Source: Bacteroidaceae bacterium (GTDB lineage Bacteria; Bacteroidota; Bacteroidia; Bacteroidales; Bacteroidaceae). From it: a stretch of DNA of 64,000 nt. Of the stretch, positions 57,490 to 64,000 are shown one piece after another (position 1 is the stretch's first letter; the number at the start of each line of letters is the position of its first letter). The translations under genes were made by a program, and so were the position numbers. The stretch lies in contig JAZRYI010000103.1 in NCBI GenBank assembly GCA_045600665.1, positions 8,399 to 72,398 of the forward strand, read 5' to 3'. The notes beneath the pieces are model-generated. The model worked only from the letters and a program-made list of their open reading frames with translations. It did no database searches and had not been told where the DNA came from.

Positions 57490-58254
57490 ATGGGGCTGCT
57501 GAGAGATATTGCGGATTTCATTTTTCCGCGCCAGTGCGTGATGTGCGGGAAGAGGTTGGCAGGGAGCGAGAGGTGCATCTGCGCACATTGCTTGATGCAG
57601 CTGCCTCGCACGGACTATCATCTGGTGGAGCATAGTTCGCTGGAGAAGTATTTCTGGCAGCAGTTTCCTATCGAGAGGGCGGTTGCGTTCTTTCATCACT
57701 CAGAGAGAAGAGCGCGTTCGATATTGTATGAGATGAAGTACAAAGGGCATCCGCAAGTGGGGATGGAGATGGCTCGCATCTATGCAGAGGAACTGAAAGA
57801 GGTGAACTTCTTTGAGGATATTGACTGCATTGTGCCTGTGCCGCTGAACTGGCGCAGGAGACTGAAGCGGCGCTACAACCAGAGTGACTACATGGCAGAA
57901 GGGCTGAGGCGGAGCACTGGAGTGCCTATATATAATAATGTGGTGGTGAGAGTGGTGAACAATCCCTCGCAAACCACGGTAGATCATACGGAGAGAAAAG
58001 ACAATGTGGATGGCATATTCAGATTGAAAGATGCGGAGAGGATAAGGGGCAAGCACGTGCTGCTGGTGGATGATGTGACAACGACAGGCTCAACAATCAT
58101 TTCGTGCGCTAAGGAGTTGGCGAAGGCTGGCGATGTGCGCATCTCGGTGCTGACATTGGCTGTAGCTTCGCGCACTGCGGTGCCGACATCGGATAATGAT
58201 GTGCCTGACGGTAAGGTGTTTGGAATGTTGCCTGAGGATAAAAAAGATGCATGA
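57490..58254 (+). CDS. comF: ComF-family protein (zinc-ribbon plus phosphoribosyltransferase-like domain)
   Basis: Motifs: FPRQCVMCGKRL...CAHC, and VLLVDDVTTTGST (PRT motif). Confidence 0.8.
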   Translation: MGLLRDIADFIFPRQCVMCGKRLAGSERCICAHCLMQLPRTDYHLVEHSSLEKYFWQQFPIERAVAFFHHSERRARSILYEMKYKGHPQVGMEMARIYAEELKEVNFFEDIDCIVPVPLNWRRRLKRRYNQSDYMAEGLRRSTGVPIYNNVVVRVVNNPSQTTVDHTERKDNVDGIFRLKDAERIRGKHVLLVDDVTTTGSTIISCAKELAKAGDVRISVLTLAVASRTAVPTSDNDVPDGKVFGMLPEDKKDA

Positions 58255-58323
58255 AAGCGTGATTCTTGTGTGGAATAAACAAGGAAAAGTGATGGAGAGG
58301 CTGTTTTAATAGATTTATTTCAT

Positions 58324-58331
58324 TATTTTTG
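58324..58331 (+). promoter_or_regulatory. Candidate -7 box TATTTTTG ahead of the acyltransferase/flippase cluster
   Basis: Exact TAnnTTTG ~110 nt before ATG 58440. Confidence 0.35.
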
Positions 58332-58439
58332 CAGTCACTTTTTGATGAACACGAAAGGCGCAATATAGCAAAGTTTAGTTATATATAAGTTTAACAGTAA
58401 ATGTAGAAAGAGATATTCGTGGCAGAAGCAAGGCAAAGA

Positions 58440-59477
58440 ATGGAGTGGCTGGACGCTATGCGAGGATTCACCATGATACTCGTTGTGGCTTATCACGTGG
58501 CGCAGCATGGCTTTGGCGAGTCGGAGAAGATTTCGGCTTCGCTGCCTTTTCTTGTGCTGTTCCGCATGCCACTGTTCTTCTTTGTTAGCGGATTCTTGGC
58601 ATACAGGAGCAAATTTGTGTGGACGGCAGAGAGTTTTGCGGCATTGGCGTGGAAGAAGATAAAGGTGCAGGTGCTGCCGGCTTTGGTGTTTCTGTGCGTG
58701 TTTGTGCTGCTGAGGAGCAAGCATTCCTTCTGGGAAGGCTTCGGGATGGCGATGAAGAGTCCAACGAAGGATGGATACTGGTTCACGTGGGTGCTGCTGC
58801 AGATGTTCTTGGTGTATTATGTTGCGGCGAGCGCGGCACAGAGATGGTGCAGAAATTCGCATGTACCGATTGTGGTGCTGTGGGCTGTGGCTGTGTTTGC
58901 TTACCTGTCGCTGTATCTGCCAAGCACTTTTGGCAAATGGTATGACAATGACTTCATGATGTACAGCTCGGTGTATGAAATGCTGAAGTTCTTCCATTTC
59001 TTCCTGATTGGCAATCTGGTGCATAGGTACTGGGAGAGAGCGGAGAGGCTGTTTGACACTAAGTGGTTCTTCCCTGTGGTGGTGACTGTGGCGCTGATGT
59101 CGTGTGCAGATATATTCAGGTTGCACACCTTGCAGTTTCAGTGGACCAACTTGCCCAAGACGCTTGCCATGTACTCGCTGATGCTTGTTGTGCTGATGTC
59201 GTTCAGGCATTACCGCAGCTCGTTCACTCAGGAGCATAGGGTGGGGAAAGCGCTGCAGTATATTGGCACGCGCACCCTGGATGTATATCTGCTGCATTTC
59301 CTGCTTCTGCCAAAGTTGCCTCAGGTGGGAGTGTGGCTGAATGAGAATCATCCTAATTTCGTGATAGACATTGTGCTTGCAGGCAGTTTGGCTCTCGTCA
59401 TCATTGGTTTCTGCTTGCTGATCAGCAATGTGCTTCGTGTTAGTCCTGTATTGAAGAAATATCTGTTTGGAAGATGA
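58440..59477 (+). CDS. Acyltransferase family 3 (AT3) membrane O-acyltransferase, copy A
   Basis: The start MEWLDAMRGFTMILVVAYHV carries the AT3 R-x10-H-like motif; about 10 TM segments. Paralogue of 62869-63960. Confidence 0.75.
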   Translation: MEWLDAMRGFTMILVVAYHVAQHGFGESEKISASLPFLVLFRMPLFFFVSGFLAYRSKFVWTAESFAALAWKKIKVQVLPALVFLCVFVLLRSKHSFWEGFGMAMKSPTKDGYWFTWVLLQMFLVYYVAASAAQRWCRNSHVPIVVLWAVAVFAYLSLYLPSTFGKWYDNDFMMYSSVYEMLKFFHFFLIGNLVHRYWERAERLFDTKWFFPVVVTVALMSCADIFRLHTLQFQWTNLPKTLAMYSLMLVVLMSFRHYRSSFTQEHRVGKALQYIGTRTLDVYLLHFLLLPKLPQVGVWLNENHPNFVIDIVLAGSLALVIIGFCLLISNVLRVSPVLKKYLFGR

Positions 59478-60514
59478 AACAGCGCAATCATGCTTTTGAC
59501 CTCCTGTGCGGCATCTGCATCATAAGGATGATAATGCTGCACATCACCGGTGCTTGTGGCTTCGGTGACGCTGACTGGTGGACGCCAATCATGCATTGGT
59601 CGTACTATTTCATGTCTTTCTTCTTCTTCAAAGCGGGATATTTCAACAAGACGGTGTCGGGCGATACGCGCGCCTACATCAAGGACAAGGCTAAGCGTTT
59701 GCTCATTCCGTATGCGGTGTGGGGCAGCATAGGCAATTTGGTGTACTTCTTCTTTGTGATCTTCATTCTCGATCCAGCCAATGCGTTCTGCACGTCGTTG
59801 GAGTGGAAGCATGTGTGGATGAACAGTCAGTTCTGGGGCAACATACCATGCTGGTTCTTGTTCTCATTCTTCATGGCGTATGTATTTGCGCATCTCATTG
59901 CGAAAGTGCCGCCGCTGTTCAGCGTGAATGTAGGTGGAAGGAGGCGCAATGTCAAGGTGCATTGGCTCATCTTCTTTTTCCCATTCATCAGTTACTGGCT
60001 CTTTTCGAAGGGTAATCCTTTGCCAATGTCGCTTGACAATGTGTTTATAGGCATCTTCCTGTTCTATCTGGGCAGAGTGTGGCATTTTGCCATTGAGAGA
60101 ATGAAGCGGGTGAACACGCTGGTGGTATCGTCGCTGATGCTTGTGGCGTTTGTATTGCTCAACTATTTCGTTGGGGGCGAATACTCTATGGCTGAGAACA
60201 GGTGGGACGGCGATCCGCTTCCTACAGTAGCGAGCATCACGCTTGCTTTGTGCGGATTGTCTGGCATATTGCTGAATGTGAATGTGCCTCGCATTCCTGT
60301 CATAAACTATATTGGTGAGCACTCGATGGTGTTCTTTGTCAGTCACGATGTGATGCTGATTCTGTACAAGATGATACGCTCGGCTAATGTTCACTCGCTG
60401 AGAGGGCATTGGGATGATTACACAATATTGATACTCGTGATATTCTCGCTTTGCTACTTGCTTGTGCCTTACGTGGAGAAGGTGCCTTGGCTGAGCGGAA
60501 GGTTTAGGAAATGA
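59474..60514 (+). CDS. Acyltransferase family 3-like membrane protein (divergent)
   Basis: 346 aa polytopic; FDLLCGICIIRMIMLH start; 4-nt overlap with the previous gene. Confidence 0.65.
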   Translation: MKQRNHAFDLLCGICIIRMIMLHITGACGFGDADWWTPIMHWSYYFMSFFFFKAGYFNKTVSGDTRAYIKDKAKRLLIPYAVWGSIGNLVYFFFVIFILDPANAFCTSLEWKHVWMNSQFWGNIPCWFLFSFFMAYVFAHLIAKVPPLFSVNVGGRRRNVKVHWLIFFFPFISYWLFSKGNPLPMSLDNVFIGIFLFYLGRVWHFAIERMKRVNTLVVSSLMLVAFVLLNYFVGGEYSMAENRWDGDPLPTVASITLALCGLSGILLNVNVPRIPVINYIGEHSMVFFVSHDVMLILYKMIRSANVHSLRGHWDDYTILILVIFSLCYLLVPYVEKVPWLSGRFRK

Positions 60515-60531
60515 AGAGTGAATAGTAGGTA

Positions 60532-61974
60532 ATGAATAGTCAAGAATCATTAAAAGAAAAAACCGCAAAGGGAATGATGTGGGGCGGACTGAGCAACGGC
60601 TTGATGCAAGTGCTCGGTGCGGTGTTCGGCTTCATTATGCTGATGAAGCTGGATCCGGGAGACTATGGAAAGATTGCTGTGCTGCTGGTCTATTCCAACA
60701 TTGCAAGCAATCTGCAGGAGAGCGGTTTCATTTCAGCACTTTGCAATAAGAAGGAACCAAAGCATGAGGAGTATAATGCTGTGTTCTGGTTCAACATCAT
60801 AGTAAGCGTGTGCATATATGCGGTGCTGTTTTTTGCCTCTCCTCTCATTGCAAGGTTCAATCACGATGAGGCTCTCATTCCGTTGGCTCGCTTCTTGTTC
60901 CTTGGGTTCTTGATTTCGGCGTTTGGCACAGTGCAGCGGGCTTACTTGTTCGGTCACATGATGGTGAAGCAGAAGAGCCTGATTGAGATTGTAGCACTTG
61001 TGGTGTCGAACATTGTTGGCTTGGTGATGATATTCAATGGCAAGGCTTACTGGGGACTGGCTACGCAGTCGGTGCTGTTCGTTGTCGTGGTGATGGTGTT
61101 GGACTGGTGGGTTTCACCTTGGCGCCCAACGCTGAAGATTGACTTGCGCCCGGCATGGAAGATGTTTGGCTTTTCTTCCAAGCTTCTCGTCACGAACTTA
61201 TTCAGCCAGTTCAATTCGCAGGCTTTCTCTGTGTTGCTGGGACATTATTACAATGATGTCGTTGTAGGTCAGTATAGCAATGCTCGCAAATGGAATGATA
61301 TGGCTTCCAATACTATCAATGGCATGGTGACGGGCGTTGCCCAGCCTGTGCTCACGCAGGTTCGCGATGATGATGCGCGCTATCGCACTGTGTTCCGCAA
61401 GATGCTTCGCTTTGTCAGCTTCGTGTCTTTTCCTTGCATGCTCGGGCTTGGACTTGTCGCTCATGAGTTTGTGCTGATGATTGACAAGAAGTGGGAGGAT
61501 AGCGCATTGTTGCTGAGCATGCTGTGTGTGTATGGAGCATTTGTTCCTATCACTACGCTGTATAGCAATCTTGCCATCAGCAGGGGCAAGTCGGGCATAA
61601 ATATGTTCTGCACAATTGCCTTGTGTGTGCTGGTGTGGATAGGTCTTGTAGCATGCCGCTCGTATGGCATACACGCTATGGTGACTTATTTCATTGCTAT
61701 CAATCTCCTCTGGCTCTTCGTGTGGCATTGGTTTGCTTGGAAACTGATACGCTTGCCTTTGCTTGATGTGCTGAAGGATGTGTTGCCGTTCTTGCTGCTG
61801 GCAGTGGGCGTGATGGCTGCGACATGGTTTGTTGCGCACTCAATCGAGAATATATTCCTCTCATTCATCGTCAAGGTCATCACTGCTGCCATCCTGTATT
61901 TGGGACTGACATTCCTCAGTGGAGCAAAGATAATGCGAGAGAGCATAGACTATTTAATTAAGAAAAAGAAATGA
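60532..61974 (+). CDS. Wzx-like oligosaccharide flippase (polysaccharide biosynthesis protein, MOP superfamily)
   Basis: 480 aa; ~12-14 TM segments; the KGMMWGGLSNGLMQVLG start is typical of the family. Confidence 0.8.
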   Translation: MNSQESLKEKTAKGMMWGGLSNGLMQVLGAVFGFIMLMKLDPGDYGKIAVLLVYSNIASNLQESGFISALCNKKEPKHEEYNAVFWFNIIVSVCIYAVLFFASPLIARFNHDEALIPLARFLFLGFLISAFGTVQRAYLFGHMMVKQKSLIEIVALVVSNIVGLVMIFNGKAYWGLATQSVLFVVVVMVLDWWVSPWRPTLKIDLRPAWKMFGFSSKLLVTNLFSQFNSQAFSVLLGHYYNDVVVGQYSNARKWNDMASNTINGMVTGVAQPVLTQVRDDDARYRTVFRKMLRFVSFVSFPCMLGLGLVAHEFVLMIDKKWEDSALLLSMLCVYGAFVPITTLYSNLAISRGKSGINMFCTIALCVLVWIGLVACRSYGIHAMVTYFIAINLLWLFVWHWFAWKLIRLPLLDVLKDVLPFLLLAVGVMAATWFVAHSIENIFLSFIVKVITAAILYLGLTFLSGAKIMRESIDYLIKKKK

Positions 61975-62882
61975 GCATACAACTTACGATAGATAAGATC
62001 AAGCTTGCCATTCAGAAGCGAATGGGCAAGTCTAAGCCTAATGGCAGAACATTCGCTGCTTGGCAGGCGCGAGGGTATCGCAATGAGCCTGAAGTCAGCG
62101 TGATAATGGAGTCGCACAATAAGTCGCTGCAAATCTGCCACGTGGTGGAGAAGTTGCGACAGCATCCGTCAATTGAAATCATTGTGATTGACGATGGTTC
62201 TTCGCTCGAGCATACGGAGCGACTTGCTAAGTTCCTCACTCGTGGCAATGAGTTCTTGGTTCGTGCCAACGATTTATATGAGAATGTGATGTACAACAAG
62301 TGCATTCGTTTTGTGCAGTCGGATTACATCATTCTCATGCAGGATGATGACGACATAGAGTCGCTGACGTGGATAGATGAGGGCTTGAGACTCATGAAAA
62401 AGTATCCAAAGATGTCTGTGCTTGGCGGCAAGGATGGCTTTGATGTCATGTTCCTGGAGGGTGACGGCAAGGCTCACTCGGTGGAGGAGAATGCTGTTCT
62501 TCCGCTTGAGGACATACGTCGCGGCAAGGCAGGCGATATTCTCAGCGGCGATGGCAAGTTCCGCTTCGTTCCTGCGGTGAATCGTGCGCCGATGTGGATC
62601 AATCGCAAATTATTCATTGAGCATCTGTACAATATAAAGTTCTCTTTCGCACCTTTCCAGTATGATGACTACGAGATTTGTCTTCGCTCATGGCTGTGTG
62701 GCTTGCAGGTGGGCAGCTACGATGCTTGCTTCTCTTCGCTTTCTGCAGGCGGCATGCGACTCTGGAACAATGCTTTCACTCAGGAGCAGATGCGACGCAA
62801 CGGACCTCAGCTATATGAATTGTTCCATGACAAGATGGATGAAATACACCAGAAGGTGAACGAGGCAAATGACCAAATCTAA
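61971..62882 (+). CDS. GT2-like glycosyltransferase (divergent)
   Basis: 303 aa; VSVIMESHN...IEIIVIDDGSS...ILMQDDDD (DxD-like). Confidence 0.6.
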   Translation: MSIQLTIDKIKLAIQKRMGKSKPNGRTFAAWQARGYRNEPEVSVIMESHNKSLQICHVVEKLRQHPSIEIIVIDDGSSLEHTERLAKFLTRGNEFLVRANDLYENVMYNKCIRFVQSDYIILMQDDDDIESLTWIDEGLRLMKKYPKMSVLGGKDGFDVMFLEGDGKAHSVEENAVLPLEDIRRGKAGDILSGDGKFRFVPAVNRAPMWINRKLFIEHLYNIKFSFAPFQYDDYEICLRSWLCGLQVGSYDACFSSLSAGGMRLWNNAFTQEQMRRNGPQLYELFHDKMDEIHQKVNEANDQI

Positions 62883-63960
62883 TCGCATAGAATGGCTTGA
62901 TGCCATGCGAGGGTTCACGATGATTCTTGTCGTGGCATATCATGTGGCGCATATCTCGTTTGGCGTCACCGACAAGTTTTCATCCGTGCAGCCATTGCTT
63001 GTGCTTTTCCGCATGCCTCTGTTCTTCTTTGTGAGCGGGTTCCTGGCTTACAAGGCAAAGGCAGTGTGGACTGGAAAGTTCTTGCTGTCTATGTCTTGGA
63101 AAAAACTGAAGGTGCAGGTCATACCAGCATTCGTGTTCTTGTGTGTCAGCATCTTGCTTCTTCACAAGAGTTTTCCTAACACTTTCATCAGCGACATGAA
63201 GAGTCCCACGAAGGGTGGGTATTGGTTCACGTGGGTGCTTCTGCACATGTTTTTGGTGTATTACGTCTTTGCTTTTTGCGAAGCGAAATTGTGTGTCCTT
63301 GCCAAGCGCTTGAACTGGAGCCCTTCTTGCAAATGGCTTCCACTTGCAGTGCTGTGGTTTGTATCTTTAGCCCTGTATGCCGTGTCATACATGCCGCCTG
63401 TGATGAAGCAATTGCCACAGGATGTGCAAGCTTTCCTTCGCTATTCCAGCCTTATCCAAACAATCCAATACTTGCATTTCTTCTTGTTTGGCAACATCGT
63501 GCACCGCTACTGGAACAAGTGTCAAACCCTCATGGACACTCGATGGTTCTTCATCGTGATGGCTATCGCTGCTTTCATCTCCGCTGGCGATTTCCTCAAG
63601 TGGCACAACCTCCGCCTCATGTGGGCAAACATACCCCACACACTTGCTTCATACTCTCTTCTCATGCTCGTCGTCATGTCCTTCCGGCATTATGGCGACC
63701 ATTTCACTGACGCCACCCTCATCGGCAGATCCCTCAAGTACATTGGCACTCGCACACTCGATATCTATCTCCTTCACTTCCTCCTTCTCCCTCGTCTTCC
63801 TCAGATAGGCAAATGGCTCAACGCCACTCGCCCCAACTTCGTAATCGATGCTTCCCTCTCCATTGCCACAGCCCTCGTCGTCATTGCCTTCTGCCTCCTC
63901 ATTAGCAACGTGCTGAGGCAAAACGCTTTTTTCAGGGAGTATTTGTTTGGGAAGAAATGA
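62869..63960 (+). CDS. Acyltransferase family 3 (AT3) membrane O-acyltransferase, copy B
   Basis: 363 aa; IEWLDAMRGFTMILVVAYHVA. It is collinear along its length with copy A, and the C-terminus GTRTLDIYLLHFLLLPRLPQ..NFVID...CLLISNVLR is nearly identical. Confidence 0.75.
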   Translation: MTKSNRIEWLDAMRGFTMILVVAYHVAHISFGVTDKFSSVQPLLVLFRMPLFFFVSGFLAYKAKAVWTGKFLLSMSWKKLKVQVIPAFVFLCVSILLLHKSFPNTFISDMKSPTKGGYWFTWVLLHMFLVYYVFAFCEAKLCVLAKRLNWSPSCKWLPLAVLWFVSLALYAVSYMPPVMKQLPQDVQAFLRYSSLIQTIQYLHFFLFGNIVHRYWNKCQTLMDTRWFFIVMAIAAFISAGDFLKWHNLRLMWANIPHTLASYSLLMLVVMSFRHYGDHFTDATLIGRSLKYIGTRTLDIYLLHFLLLPRLPQIGKWLNATRPNFVIDASLSIATALVVIAFCLLISNVLRQNAFFREYLFGKK

Positions 63961-64000
63961 TAAGTATTGCTTTTTTTGTGCTAATGAAGGAAAAATGCAA

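Overview
This window reads as a Prevotellaceae/Bacteroidales (Bacteroidota) core-chromosome segment. It has TAnnTTTG-type promoter boxes, T9SS C-terminal sorting domains and about 47 tightly packed genes. Nearly all are housekeeping: rnhA, recA, sufS, sppA, xerD, pyrH, speA, aroK, topA, nrdG, rfbB, korAB, trkAH, dxs, metG, leuS, recX, comF. There are also two unlinked arabinofuranosidases (GH51, GH127), one tRNA-Asn, and a polysaccharide-modification cluster at the 3' end (three acyltransferase-3 genes, a flippase, a GT2-like gene). I saw no CRISPR array, IS transposase, prophage block or recognisable defence operon. Seven smaller things are not explained by ordinary annotation. (1) A GxxExxY/PD-(D/E)XK-like gene is boxed in by a 47-bp inverted repeat next to leuS. 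(2) A family of ~40-bp G/C-rich palindromic, G-quadruplex-capable REP-like elements fills convergent-gene spacers, once as a 187-bp MITE-like inverted pair. (3) About 400 bp of structured non-coding DNA with an orphan promoter box lies between rfbB and korB. (4) A 1176-aa T9SS cargo protein has three repeated CBM-like modules and a ~700-bp upstream region containing a 19-bp inverted-repeat pair. (5) An M16 peptidase is split into two overlapping ORFs. (6) A YitT paralogue is fused to a degenerate RdgB/HAM1-like half domain. (7) A T19 homopolymer sits upstream of a T9SS-cargo operon. All functional names come from reading the translated ORFs and from motif memory; no database search was run.
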